This document shows, one piece after another, positions 54,035 through 64,000 of a stretch of 64,000 nucleotides of DNA. Made by a program: the position numbers and the translations under genes. Origin of the DNA: Chromatiales bacterium (GTDB taxonomy: Bacteria; Pseudomonadota; Gammaproteobacteria; RBG-16-57-12). The notes beneath the pieces are model-generated. The model ran no database searches. It saw only the letters and a list, made by a program, of their open reading frames with translations, and was not told where the DNA came from. Position 1 is the first letter of the stretch; each line of letters starts with the position of its first letter. The stretch covers positions 33,401 to 97,400 of the forward strand of contig JALSJH010000009.1 of assembly GCA_026989455.1 (NCBI GenBank). Direction: 5' to 3'.

Positions 54035-56152
54035 ATGTCGTTTGATGCTGATGACGAAATACTTCAGGACTTTCTGGTTGAGGCGAGCGAGATCCTTGAG
54101 GAGCTATCTGAGCAACTGGTCGAGTTAGAACACTCCCCCGATGATAGCGAACTGCTGAATACTGTTTTTCGTGGCTTTCATACCATTAAGGGCGGTGGAA
54201 GCTTTCTCAGCCTTACAGGCTTGGTGCAGGTTTGTCATAGTGCGGAAGATCTTTTTAATCTTTTGCGCAATGGTGAGCTTTCAGTCAATGCAGAGTTGAT
54301 GGATGTGGTTTTGCGGGTTCTGGATGTGGTGAATGAGCAGTTTGATCAGCTGCGCGAGGGGATAGAACCCTCACTGGCACCACCCGAATTATTGCAACAA
54401 CTTGAAGCGCTGAAGTCGCCAGGCTCAGCGAAAACTGAACCCGTAGCCGCGCCCGCACCTGAAACAGAGACTGCCCCAGCTACACCCGCTGTGGAAGAGT
54501 CGGCGAGTGCCAGTGACGATGTTTTTTTCGAAGCGGATGCGATCACTGATAGCTCGAGTGATTCCGATGAAATCACCGATGAAGAGTTTGAAAATCTGCT
54601 GGATCTGTTGCAGGGTGAGGATGGCAAAGAGGTGGCAACCGCGCCGGCATCCGATGAGATCACTGATGATGAGTTCGAAGCGCTACTCGACCAGCTACAT
54701 GGTAAATCAGGCGCACCTGCCCCCGTTACCGAAACTAAAGCAGTGCCGCCAACTCCCCCTGCTCCCAGCGCCAGCAGTGATGCTGATGAGATCAGCGAAG
54801 ATGAGTTTGAGGCGCTGCTGGATAAAATTCACGGTAAAAGCGGAGAGTCGACTCAAAGCACCCCGGCAACCGCTCCGAAAAACCCACCAGAAACCTCTGC
54901 CGCTAACGAACCCGCAAAGGCTGCTTCGCCAGCGGCTGCAAAAGAGCCTGTGAAAGCGGCAACTCCTAAACCTAAAGCAAAAAAACCAACCGCACCCCAG
55001 GCTGAAACAACGGTGCGGGTAGATACCAGTCGCCTAGATGACATCATGAATATGGTGGGTGAATTGGTGTTGGTCAGAAACCGTCTTGCAACACTTGAAG
55101 CGGTTCAAGTGGATGAGGAGATGGCGAAAGCGGTTGCCAACTTGGATGTAGTCACCGCTGACCTACAATCTGCTGTAATGAAAACCCGTATGCAGCCAAT
55201 CAAGAAAGTCTTTGGTCGTTTTCCGCGGGTTGTGCGCGATCTGGCGCGCAGCCTGAAAAAGGAAGTCGATCTGGTGCTGGAGGGAGAAGAGACCGATCTG
55301 GATAAAAACTTGGTTGAAGCGCTTGCTGACCCACTGGTTCACCTAGTGCGTAACGCGGTTGATCACGGTATTGAAATGCCGGATAGCCGTGTTAAGGCGG
55401 GAAAAGAGCGGATAGGAACCGTTGTTCTTTCGGCCGAGCAGGAGGGTGATCACATTCTTCTGACCATTTCAGATGATGGCGGCGGCATGGATGCGGATGT
55501 GTTGCGTAATATCGCGGTGAAGAAAGGTGTTCTGGAGCCGGATGCGGCCGCTCGTCTGAGTGACCAAGAGTGTTTTCAATTGATTTTTGCACCCGGATTT
55601 TCCACCAAGGATGAAATTTCAGACATATCCGGTCGTGGTGTCGGTATGGATGTTGTCAAGACCCGTATCGTACAGCTAAATGGCTCTGTTGAGATCAACT
55701 CTGAGCTGGGTGTAGGCACCACGCTACAGATAAAAGTACCGCTGACATTGGCGATTATGCCAACCCTAATGGTTTCACTTAAAAAACAGACTTTCGCCCT
55801 GCCACTGGTTAATGTGAATGAGATTTTTCATCTGGATCTTCGCCACACCAATGTGATCGATGGCCAGTGTGTCATTATGGTGAGAGAGAAAGCACTGCCC
55901 CTCTTTTATCTCGCGGATTGGCTGGTAGGTGGTAGTGAGCAGAAGGATGAGGGGCACGTTGTGGTGGTCAGTGTGGGTTCACAAAAAGTGGGCTTCGTGG
56001 TTGATCAGCTGGTTGGTCAGGAGGAGGTTGTGATTAAACCACTGGGCAACATGCTGCTTGGGACGGGTGGCTTAGCAGGCGCTACAATCCGGGGTGATGG
56101 GAAAATTGCATTGATTCTGGATGTGCCCAGCTTGATGAAATCTTACGCCTGA
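54035..56152 (+). CDS. cheA: Chemotaxis histidine kinase CheA
   Basis: HPt FRGFHTIKG, HLVRNAVDHG, SGRGVGMDVV and a C-terminal CheW-like domain. Confidence 0.97.
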   Translation: MSFDADDEILQDFLVEASEILEELSEQLVELEHSPDDSELLNTVFRGFHTIKGGGSFLSLTGLVQVCHSAEDLFNLLRNGELSVNAELMDVVLRVLDVVNEQFDQLREGIEPSLAPPELLQQLEALKSPGSAKTEPVAAPAPETETAPATPAVEESASASDDVFFEADAITDSSSDSDEITDEEFENLLDLLQGEDGKEVATAPASDEITDDEFEALLDQLHGKSGAPAPVTETKAVPPTPPAPSASSDADEISEDEFEALLDKIHGKSGESTQSTPATAPKNPPETSAANEPAKAASPAAAKEPVKAATPKPKAKKPTAPQAETTVRVDTSRLDDIMNMVGELVLVRNRLATLEAVQVDEEMAKAVANLDVVTADLQSAVMKTRMQPIKKVFGRFPRVVRDLARSLKKEVDLVLEGEETDLDKNLVEALADPLVHLVRNAVDHGIEMPDSRVKAGKERIGTVVLSAEQEGDHILLTISDDGGGMDADVLRNIAVKKGVLEPDAAARLSDQECFQLIFAPGFSTKDEISDISGRGVGMDVVKTRIVQLNGSVEINSELGVGTTLQIKVPLTLAIMPTLMVSLKKQTFALPLVNVNEIFHLDLRHTNVIDGQCVIMVREKALPLFYLADWLVGGSEQKDEGHVVVVSVGSQKVGFVVDQLVGQEEVVIKPLGNMLLGTGGLAGATIRGDGKIALILDVPSLMKSYA
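54566..54838 (+). repeat. Three acidic peptide repeats in the CheA linker
   Basis: DEITDEEFENLLDLLQG / DEITDDEFEALLDQLHG / DEISEDEFEALLDKIHG. Confidence 0.85.
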
Positions 56153-56162
56153 TGGAGGCTGA

Positions 56163-57320
56163 ATGTCGGTACGTGTACTGGTAGTTGATGATTCGAGATT
56201 TTTTCGCAAGCGTATCGAAGAGATTCTTAAAGTTGATAGTGGGATAGAGATTGTTGGTTTTGCCGTAAACGGCAAAGAGGCGGTTGAAATGGCCGCCGAA
56301 CTCAAGCCTGATGTGATCACCATGGACGTGGAGATGCCAGTAATGGATGGCATTACGGCGGTGCGAATGATTATGAAACGCAGGCCGGTGCCAATTTTGA
56401 TGTTCTCCTCATTAACAACCGATGGCGCGCAATCGACACTGGATGCACTGGATGCGGGTGCGCTGGACTTTATTCCCAAACGATTTGAAGATATCTCCAG
56501 TAACAGTGATGAGGCGAAGTTATTGCTGCGCCGAAGGGTTAAGGAGATTGCCCGTCGAGGTCGCGCTATCAATATGCGGATTCGACACGGTGCTGTCGTT
56601 GCACGCCCTGCGTCAACTGCAGCGGCCGAATCTCCTAGCTCAATGGTTCCCCGTAACAAGCCTATCCCTCGGGTGCCGATTCGCTCCCATGACTTACCCA
56701 AACAAACGCCCCCCACCGCGACCTTCTCGCGGGCGCATGCCAGCGAGGCGGCAGATATTAAACTATTGGCAATTGGCACTTCAACCGGCGGTCCTGTTGC
56801 TCTGCAAAATGTATTAACGGCGCTACCTGCCAACTTCTCACTACCCATTCTCATGGTTCAGCACATGCCTGGCACCTTTACGCCTGCATTTGCTCAGCGC
56901 CTGAATCAGGTGTGTGCGATTACCGTCAAAGAGGCGCAGGAGGGTGACCTGTTGCAACCGGGCGTGGCTCTGCTTGCGCCGGGTGGTATGCAGATGAGGG
57001 TTGCACGTCGTGGTAGTCAATATATTGTCAAGGTAGAGGATGGCGACCCCCAACTTAATTACAAACCGAGTGTCGATGTCACCTTTGCTTCGATTGCCGC
57101 TAACTTCAGTGGGCGTACGTTGGGGGTCATACTGACGGGTATGGGGGCGGATGGGCGTGAGGGGTGTCGTGCACTTAAACAGAAAAAAGCTGAAATCTGG
57201 GCCCAGGATGAAAAAAGTTCCGTGGTATATGGCATGCCTTTTGCTGTTTTTGAGGCAGGGTTGACCAATAGAGTTCTCCCGCTTACTGAAATAGGCCCGG
57301 CCATATTGCAAGGAGTATAA
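56163..57320 (+). CDS. cheB: Chemotaxis methylesterase CheB
   Basis: Receiver domain plus GTSTGGP, QHMP and LTGMGADG. Confidence 0.97.
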   Translation: MSVRVLVVDDSRFFRKRIEEILKVDSGIEIVGFAVNGKEAVEMAAELKPDVITMDVEMPVMDGITAVRMIMKRRPVPILMFSSLTTDGAQSTLDALDAGALDFIPKRFEDISSNSDEAKLLLRRRVKEIARRGRAINMRIRHGAVVARPASTAAAESPSSMVPRNKPIPRVPIRSHDLPKQTPPTATFSRAHASEAADIKLLAIGTSTGGPVALQNVLTALPANFSLPILMVQHMPGTFTPAFAQRLNQVCAITVKEAQEGDLLQPGVALLAPGGMQMRVARRGSQYIVKVEDGDPQLNYKPSVDVTFASIAANFSGRTLGVILTGMGADGREGCRALKQKKAEIWAQDEKSSVVYGMPFAVFEAGLTNRVLPLTEIGPAILQGV

Positions 57321-57322
57321 CA

Positions 57323-58063
57323 GTGGATTATATAGCCCTAGTGGGCTTGGCGCTCGGGCTGCTTGCCGTGCTAGCGGGACAGCTTGTTGAGGGTGGATCA
57401 CTCTTAACGTTGATCAATGGCCCGGCTTTTCTTATTGTCGTCGGTGGCACACTGGGAGCCACCATCCTGCAGTCGCGCTTGCCGGTCTTTAAACAGAGCA
57501 TACGCTCTCTGCCCACGGTATTTACACCACTTGATCTCGATGACAAGCAGATCCTCAGAAAAGTGATGCGCTGGTCAACCGTGGTACGCAAAGAGGGTTT
57601 TCTGGGGCTGGAACCCATCATGAATCGAGAGCAAGATCCTTTTGCTAAAAAAGCGCTCTCCTACCTAGTTGACGGCATTGTTCCGGCTAGTCTGCGTGAT
57701 GCGCTGGAGATGGAAATCTCCCTGAGACAAGAGTCGGAAATTGAATCGGCAAAGGTTTTCCTCGCCATGGGTGGTTATGCGCCTACCATTGGTATTATTG
57801 GTGCGGTAATGGGGTTGATCCATGTGATGCACAACTTGACCGAACCTGAGCTGCTGGGTGCCGGTATTGCCACCGCATTTGTGGCCACAATTTACGGTGT
57901 TGGATTTGCGAACCTGGTTTTTATTCCCATCTACAATAAGCTCCGCAGCCTCACTGCGATCCGATGCCGTTACCGTGAAATGTTGATGGAGGGGGTGGTG
58001 GCCATTGCGGAAGGCGAAAACCCTCGATTTATCGAATCAAAACTAAAAAGCTTTCAAACATAG
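57323..58063 (+). CDS. motC: Flagellar stator A subunit (MotC/MotA family)
   Basis: GGYAPTIGIIGAVMGL, AFVATIYG; follows cheB as motC does in Pseudomonas. Confidence 0.85.
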   Translation: MDYIALVGLALGLLAVLAGQLVEGGSLLTLINGPAFLIVVGGTLGATILQSRLPVFKQSIRSLPTVFTPLDLDDKQILRKVMRWSTVVRKEGFLGLEPIMNREQDPFAKKALSYLVDGIVPASLRDALEMEISLRQESEIESAKVFLAMGGYAPTIGIIGAVMGLIHVMHNLTEPELLGAGIATAFVATIYGVGFANLVFIPIYNKLRSLTAIRCRYREMLMEGVVAIAEGENPRFIESKLKSFQT

Positions 58064-58069
58064 ACTGCC

Positions 58070-58927
58070 ATGGCACGTAAATATCGCAAGCGTCACATGG
58101 AGCAAGACCCAGATATACATGAACGCTGGATGGTCTCCTACGCTGATTTCATTACCCTGCTGTTTGCCTTCTTTGTGGTTATGTACGCCATTAGCATCAG
58201 TAAAGAGGGGACACTGAGCGTGGTGAGTGATTCGATTGAGCGGGCATTTACCCCACAAGATAGAAGTAAAGCGACCTCTGAAGCGGATGCTACCTCTTCA
58301 ACAGGTAATGCCCCCAGTCTCATTGACCTGAATGGCGGAGAGGGTGTGCTTGATGGGCATGAATCACCATCGCCTCCGGTACCGGAAATATCTGAATCAA
58401 TGGCAAAGTTACAAGAGCTGGCAACTCAGGGGGTGATGAAGCCGGTTGTTGATGAGGTAGAGAAAGCGCTCGAATCCCTGATTGAAGAGGGGGGGGTCAA
58501 CATTTCCAGTGATGACCTTTGGGTGCAGATCGACATCGAAAGCAACCTGCTCTTTGAGAGTGGTTTAGCTCAGCTCAATAACAACGTCACCTCGACGATG
58601 CGTTCACTTGCGCGGGTGCTCGAGCAATTCCCCCATAATATCCAGGTGGAGGGGTACACCGACAATATCCCGATTCAGAACGAAATTTACCCTTCAAACT
58701 GGGAGCTGTCGGCTGCCCGCTCAGCCAGTGTGGTTCACCTTTTTGCGCAAAATGGAGTGGATCCAAGGCGGATGTCGGCTGTCGGCTTTGGTGAGTTTCG
58801 GCCAGTGGCAGGGAATGATACCCCACAAGGACGCGCTAAAAACCGGCGTGTGGTTATTGTAGTTTTGGCAGATCAACAGGCGGGTCGACTGATTGATCTT
58901 CAGCAGCAATTGCAACTGAATGACTAA
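58070..58927 (+). CDS. motD: Flagellar stator B subunit (MotD/MotB family)
   Basis: WMVSYADFITLLFAFF, NWELSAAR and NRRV (OmpA-like) motifs. Confidence 0.85.
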   Translation: MARKYRKRHMEQDPDIHERWMVSYADFITLLFAFFVVMYAISISKEGTLSVVSDSIERAFTPQDRSKATSEADATSSTGNAPSLIDLNGGEGVLDGHESPSPPVPEISESMAKLQELATQGVMKPVVDEVEKALESLIEEGGVNISSDDLWVQIDIESNLLFESGLAQLNNNVTSTMRSLARVLEQFPHNIQVEGYTDNIPIQNEIYPSNWELSAARSASVVHLFAQNGVDPRRMSAVGFGEFRPVAGNDTPQGRAKNRRVVIVVLADQQAGRLIDLQQQLQLND

Positions 58928-59099
58928 TAAATTAATCCCTTTGTGATGGCTTTTGCTTCCCATTCTAGATGGATTGAAATCTACACCAATCCTCATATCC
59001 CTATGTTTTTTAAGTATTTATACATTATTTGACCTTCCCACTGTCAGCACGGAAATAGATATCCCCCTGAGCATGGCGACTTCAGTGTATATTTTAGGG

Positions 59100-59126
59100 T
59101 AAGTGAATCGATTGTTGTGACGATAA
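59100..59126 (+). promoter_or_regulatory. Sigma28 promoter upstream of the MCP gene
   Basis: TAAG-N15-GACGATAA. Confidence 0.65.
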
Positions 59127-59201
59127 CAGCGGGTATAACCAAAAAAACTTTTACGCATAGGATAAATATAGCGTGATGAAGCATTGTATGGAGGGAGCTG
59201 G

Positions 59202-60398
59202 GTGAAGGGTCGTGATCGAATATTTTTGGGTGTGGTCTTAACACTTATTGTGGCGGGAGTCATGTCTCAGTTCTCCTCTCCTCTCTATAGCATCCCCCTG
59301 CTTTTTGTGGTCTCAGGATACTGGGTCTATAGCCTCTTGCGGATGAAAAACAGTGCTGAAACGGCGGCCAAAACAGCACTAAATAATGCTCGCCAAGAGA
59401 TAAAACAGAAAATCATCGAAATCAACCAAGAGACGGCTCAATTTGGTGTGGCACAAATCAGTGCGGTTTCTGAAGGGTTGGGAAGTGCTCGCACTATTAT
59501 CTCCAGCGCGGTAGAGGGCTTGTCCATGGGTTTTCAGGGGATGGAGAGTAAATCCCGGCTCCAGCTCGATTTGAGTCTACAGATGATGCAGCGTTTGTCT
59601 CCTGATGATGGTGCCGATGGGAAAAGCTTGGCAGATGAAGTGTCAGATATCATGGGGATGTTTACGGAAAATCTAACCATGATGCGAGATGATAGCTTGG
59701 CCATGGTTACGTCGCTGAACGCGATGAAGGAGTATATTTCCGAGGTTGATCGTCTACTTCATGAGATTGATGGTATTAGTGCACAAACAAACCTGCTGGC
59801 ACTCAATGCGGCCATTGAAGCGGCAAGAGCGGGTGAGCAGGGGCGCGGTTTTGCGGTAGTGGCGGATGAGGTGCGTGCCCTCTCGACACGAAGTCATCTG
59901 TTCAGTGAGCAGGTCAGAGGCAAGTTCACCGTGGTTAAAAGGGAGATGGAGGTGGCCAGTCGTGTGGTGGGTAAGATGGCCTCCCGTGATATGACAATGT
60001 CTCTCAACTCTAAAGACCACCTTAATGACTTGATGCAAGATATTGAGGATATTAATCTCTATGTGGCGCAGAAGCTTAACGAAGTCTCCGGTGTTTCTGA
60101 AGAGCTGGCGGTCGATGTGGGCAATGCGGTGCGCTCACTCCAATTTGAGGATATATCACGACAGCTGTTAGAGCATATGGAGCACCGTGTACAGGGTCTG
60201 AACCAAGTGATTGGCTGTGTGACTCAATTTGAGAGTGACATGGTTGAGATAATGGCCTCTACTGGTGGTCAGCAAGAGGTGCTCTATTTTGAGCGCATTG
60301 AGCAGTTGCAAAACCAGCTCAGTGACATTATGGCCGCTATTCGTGATACCCCTGTCAGTCATGAAAATATGGATGAAGGAGAGGTAGAGTTATTTTAA
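59202..60398 (+). CDS. Atypical methyl-accepting chemotaxis protein
   Basis: Hairpin tip [31 protein letters not shown] and two closely spaced N-terminal TMs. GTG 59202 follows GGAGGGAG (the ORF track starts at TTG 59184). Confidence 0.85.
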   Translation: MKGRDRIFLGVVLTLIVAGVMSQFSSPLYSIPLLFVVSGYWVYSLLRMKNSAETAAKTALNNARQEIKQKIIEINQETAQFGVAQISAVSEGLGSARTIISSAVEGLSMGFQGMESKSRLQLDLSLQMMQRLSPDDGADGKSLADEVSDIMGMFTENLTMMRDDSLAMVTSLNAMKEYISEVDRLLHEIDGISAQTNLLALNAAIEAARAGEQGRGFAVVADEVRALSTRSHLFSEQVRGKFTVVKREMEVASRVVGKMASRDMTMSLNSKDHLNDLMQDIEDINLYVAQKLNEVSGVSEELAVDVGNAVRSLQFEDISRQLLEHMEHRVQGLNQVIGCVTQFESDMVEIMASTGGQQEVLYFERIEQLQNQLSDIMAAIRDTPVSHENMDEGEVELF

Positions 60399-60481
60399 CA
60401 GTCGCTGGTTTCTATCCGAGGGTTTGGGATATATAATGGTGAGCTTTTATCAAGTCCCCTTACATTAGGTTGGAAACGCCC

Positions 60482-63400
60482 ATGTCAACGCACACCTCCC
60501 GTGCACAGCAACTCAGTGATGCTCTCGAACAACGTATTTTGATTCTCGATGGTGCCATGGGTACGATGATTCAGGGGTATTCCTTGGATGAGCGGGGTTA
60601 TCGTGGGGCGCGTTTTAGCGACTGGCATTGTGATGTAAAAGGCAATAATGACCTGTTAGTGCTCTCTCAGCCTGACATCATTAAGGCAATTCACAGTGAA
60701 TACCTCGAAGCAGGCGCTGATATTCTGGAGACCAATACCTTCGGTGCCACCACCATCGCAATGGCTGATTACGATATGCAGTCACTTGCTTATGAGATGA
60801 ATGTGGCTGGTGCTCGTTTGGCCCGTGAGGCGTGTGATGCGTGTGAAACCCCGGAGCGCCCCCGCTTTGTAGCGGGCGTACTCGGCCCTACCAATCGTAC
60901 CTGCTCTATCTCTCCTGATGTCAATGATCCCGGCGCACGCAATGTCACTTTTGATGAGCTGGTGGAGACATACTGCGCAGCGACCCGAGGCTTAATTGAG
61001 GGTGGCTCCGACATCATTCTGATCGAAACCATCTTTGATACCCTGAATGCCAAAGCGGCTATTTTTGCGGTACAGAGTGTCTATGAAACGTTAGGCGTTG
61101 AGTTGCCGATTATGATCTCTGGCACCATTACCGATGCCTCGGGTCGAACCCTGTCGGGACAGGTGACAGAAGCATTTTATAACTCACTGGCACATGCTAA
61201 ACCGATCTCCATTGGTTTGAACTGTGCACTGGGTGCCGATGAACTGCGTCAATATGTAGAAGAGCTGTCACGGGTGGCAAACTGCTATGTGAGTGCTCAC
61301 CCCAACGCCGGGCTACCCAACCCACTGGCACCTACCGGCTATGATGATACCCCGGAGAATATGGCGGGCTTGATCGGCGAGTGGGCCGAGAGTGGTTTTT
61401 TGAATATTATTGGTGGATGTTGTGGTACATCACCGGCTTTTATCAAAGCCATTGCGGATGCGGTGGCGGGGATTTCGCCCCGCAAAATACCCGATAACCC
61501 TGTCGCCTGCCGTCTGTCAGGCCTTGAGCCACTCAATATTTTTCCAGAATCACTGTTTGTTAACGTCGGTGAGCGCGCCAACGTAACGGGATCGGCGATG
61601 TTCAAGCGGCTGGTGCTGTCGGGTGACTATGATCAAGCGCTGGGTGTTTGCCGTAATCAAGTTGAAAATGGTGCGCAGATTATCGATGTCAATATGGATG
61701 AGGCGATGCTGGATGGTAAACAGGCGATGGTGACCTACTTGAACCTGGTCGCCTCCGAGCCAGACATCTCCAAAGTACCGGTTATGGTTGACTCCTCCAA
61801 GTGGGAGATAATTGAAGAGGGGCTGAAGTGCATTCAAGGGAAAGGGGTGGTCAACTCGATCTCGCTGAAAGAGGGTAAAGCGCAGTTTGTAAAGTATGCG
61901 ACTCTGATTAAGCGCTATGGTGCCGCAACGGTGGTAATGGCATTTGATGAGAAGGGTCAGGCCGATACTTTTGAGCGCAAAACAGAGATTTGTAAGCGCT
62001 GCTACGACATCTTGGTCAATGAAGTGGGCTTCCCGCCGGAAGATATTATTTTTGACCCTAATATTTTTGCCATTGCCACCGGTATTGATGAGCATAATAA
62101 CTATGCGGTGGATTTCATCGAAGCGACCCGTTGGATTAAGCAGAATCTGCCCCACGCCATGGTCAGTGGTGGGGTCTCAAACGTCTCCTTCTCCTTTCGT
62201 GGCAACAACCTGGTACGTGAAGCGATTCACGCAGTATTTCTCTACCACTGTTTTAAAGCCGGTATGGATATGGGCATTGTCAACGCGGGTCAATTGGCAG
62301 TTTATGATGACCTGCCTGACGAGCTGCGAGAGGGGGTGGAAGATGTGGTGCTTAACCGCCGTCCGGATGGTACCGATCGGCTGCTGGCGATTGCTGAAAA
62401 GTACCGTGGTGATGGCATTGAGGCAAAAAAAGAGGACTTGGCGTGGCGAGAGTGGCCCGTGGGCAAACGGCTGGAACACGCGCTGGTGAAGGGCGTTGAT
62501 GCCTATGTCACCGAGGATGCTGAAGAGGCGCGCCTCTCCTTTGAACGACCGATTCATGTGATTGAAGGCCCGCTGATGGATGGTATGAATGTGGTGGGTG
62601 ATCTGTTCGGCGAGGGGAAGATGTTTCTGCCGCAGGTGGTGAAATCTGCCCGGGTGATGAAAAAGGCGGTCGCACATTTGATTCCATTTATTGAGGAGGA
62701 GAAAGCGGAGGGTGCTAACAAGAGTAATGGCAGAATATTGATGGCCACGGTAAAAGGTGATGTACACGATATTGGTAAAAATATCGTCGGCGTGGTGTTG
62801 CAGTGTAATAACTTCGAAGTTGTGGATTTAGGGGTTATGGTCTCTACCGCAACCATTCTGGAGGAGGCGAAAAAGCATCAAGTAGATGTGATCGGCCTCT
62901 CTGGGTTGATAACCCCCTCACTGGAGGAGATGACCCATATTGCCAAAGAGATGCAGCGTCTTGGTATGAGCACGCCGGTGATGATTGGGGGAGCGACAAC
63001 CTCCAAAGCACATACCGCAGTCAAGATAGCCAACAACTGCGACCACCCCATTGTGTGGGTGAAGGATGCTTCCCGCGCCGTGGGTGTGGCCCAAAGCCTG
63101 ATCTCTCCTGAGCTGCGGGGCAAGTTTGTTGATAAACTGCAAGCTGATTATCAGCGAGTGCGAGAAGGATTTGCAGCACGGCAAAAAGAGGCGAGCTCGG
63201 TCTCTTTGAGTGAAGCTCGCGCCAATAAAACATCGATTGACTGGAGTAGCGGCGTTGCTTCGACTCCCAACACGCTTGGGGTGCAGGTTTTTGAGGGTTA
63301 CCCACTAGCAGAAATTGTTGAGTATATCGACTGGACACCCTTTTTCCACGCTTGGGAGTTGAAGGGGCGCTATCCAAATATTCTGGATGATGCCACCAAG

Positions 63401-64000
63401 GGCGAAGAGGCGCGCAAAGTATTTGCTGATGCCCAGGTGATGCTTAAACAGATTATCGAGCAAGCGTGGCTCAAGGCCAACGCGATTGTTGGCCTGTTTC
63501 CCGCCAATGCGGTGGGTGATGATGTTGAAATATATGAAGATGAGTCTCGCCAGAACCGGTTAGAGACCTTCCATTTTTTGCGGGTTCAGAAGCAGCAGCC
63601 AAAAGGTAAGGCAAACCGCTCCTTATCTGATTTTATTGCCCCTAAAGAGAGCGGTCAGCCTGACCATATGGGCTTTTTCGCACTCACCACCGGCTTGGGG
63701 ATTGATAAAAAACTGAGTGAATTTGAAGCGGCTCATGATGACTACAGTGCCATCATGCTGAAGGTGCTGGCCGATCGACTTGCCGAAGCGTTTGCCGAGT
63801 TGATGCACCAAAAGGTGCGCAAACAGCTGTGGGGCTACGGTTCCGCCGAAGCGCTGAGCAATGAGCAGTTAATCATGGAGGATTACCAAGGAATTCGACC
63901 GGCGCCCGGCTATCCAGCCTGCCCAGAACATACTGAAAAAGGGGTCATCTGGAAGCTGCTGAATGTGGCAGATAGCATCGGCCTTGAGCTAACCGAAAGT
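60482..64000 (+). CDS. metH: B12-dependent methionine synthase, 3'-truncated by the window end
   Basis: Hand translation: [49 protein letters not shown] (B12-binding), [12 protein letters not shown]. In frame to the window end; missing from the ORF track because there is no stop codon. Confidence 0.97.
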   Translation, partial: MSTHTSRAQQLSDALEQRILILDGAMGTMIQGYSLDERGYRGARFSDWHCDVKGNNDLLVLSQPDIIKAIHSEYLEAGADILETNTFGATTIAMADYDMQSLAYEMNVAGARLAREACDACETPERPRFVAGVLGPTNRTCSISPDVNDPGARNVTFDELVETYCAATRGLIEGGSDIILIETIFDTLNAKAAIFAVQSVYETLGVELPIMISGTITDASGRTLSGQVTEAFYNSLAHAKPISIGLNCALGADELRQYVEELSRVANCYVSAHPNAGLPNPLAPTGYDDTPENMAGLIGEWAESGFLNIIGGCCGTSPAFIKAIADAVAGISPRKIPDNPVACRLSGLEPLNIFPESLFVNVGERANVTGSAMFKRLVLSGDYDQALGVCRNQVENGAQIIDVNMDEAMLDGKQAMVTYLNLVASEPDISKVPVMVDSSKWEIIEEGLKCIQGKGVVNSISLKEGKAQFVKYATLIKRYGAATVVMAFDEKGQADTFERKTEICKRCYDILVNEVGFPPEDIIFDPNIFAIATGIDEHNNYAVDFIEATRWIKQNLPHAMVSGGVSNVSFSFRGNNLVREAIHAVFLYHCFKAGMDMGIVNAGQLAVYDDLPDELREGVEDVVLNRRPDGTDRLLAIAEKYRGDGIEAKKEDLAWREWPVGKRLEHALVKGVDAYVTEDAEEARLSFERPIHVIEGPLMDGMNVVGDLFGEGKMFLPQVVKSARVMKKAVAHLIPFIEEEKAEGANKSNGRILMATVKGDVHDIGKNIVGVVLQCNNFEVVDLGVMVSTATILEEAKKHQVDVIGLSGLITPSLEEMTHIAKEMQRLGMSTPVMIGGATTSKAHTAVKIANNCDHPIVWVKDASRAVGVAQSLISPELRGKFVDKLQADYQRVREGFAARQKEASSVSLSEARANKTSIDWSSGVASTPNTLGVQVFEGYPLAEIVEYIDWTPFFHAWELKGRYPNILDDATKGEEARKVFADAQVMLKQIIEQAWLKANAIVGLFPANAVGDDVEIYEDESRQNRLETFHFLRVQKQQPKGKANRSLSDFIAPKESGQPDHMGFFALTTGLGIDKKLSEFEAAHDDYSAIMLKVLADRLAEAFAELMHQKVRKQLWGYGSAEALSNEQLIMEDYQGIRPAPGYPACPEHTEKGVIWKLLNVADSIGLELTES

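Noticed and set aside
56072-56854. 260-aa antisense ORF over cheA/cheB
   Set aside because: Shadow ORF of cheB; Ser-rich composition typical of antisense frames.
60399-60481. SAM/SAH/B12 riboswitch upstream of metH
   Set aside because: The spacer is only 83 bp and shows a -10-like TATAAT but no recognisable aptamer motif.
60790-63811. Short ORFs listed by the track in the last 3.5 kb
   Set aside because: All lie within the continuous metH frame that starts at 60482.

Overview
Chromosomal core region of a flagellated, piliated Gammaproteobacterium. Gene order: pilR(partial)-pilS-ispB; rplU-rpmA-obgE-proB; rpsT; murJ-ribF-ileS-lspA; an AT-rich islet where fkpB normally sits (a MITE plus a Phd-like/48-aa ORF/RelE toxin-antitoxin module); ispH; a type IV minor-pilin cluster (fimT-pilW-pilX-pilV with divergent pilE); rnfABCDGE; metG; apbC/mrp; dcd; rimP-nusA-infB-rbfA-truB-rpsO-pnp; a hexose-6-P mutarotase; oxyR divergent from a di-haem cytochrome c peroxidase; a hemerythrin-TM-NIT-TM-HAMP-GGDEF diguanylate cyclase; fliLMNOPQR-flhBAF-flhG-fliA-cheYZAB-motCD; an atypical MCP; and metH (partial, absent from the ORF track). 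No rRNA, tRNA, CRISPR array or transposase was seen. The most interesting signals are: the DGC that could integrate O2 and nitrate just upstream of the sigma54 flagellar operon; a three-gene TA module with a duplicated antitoxin tail; a 160-bp hairpin element present twice with compensatory base-pair changes, one copy in the ccp leader; tandem CsrA-type sites on the minor-pilin RBSs; an MCP carrying a CheZ-like motif; and a candidate structured RNA upstream of rimP. All calls come from reading the sequence by eye; no database searches were run.
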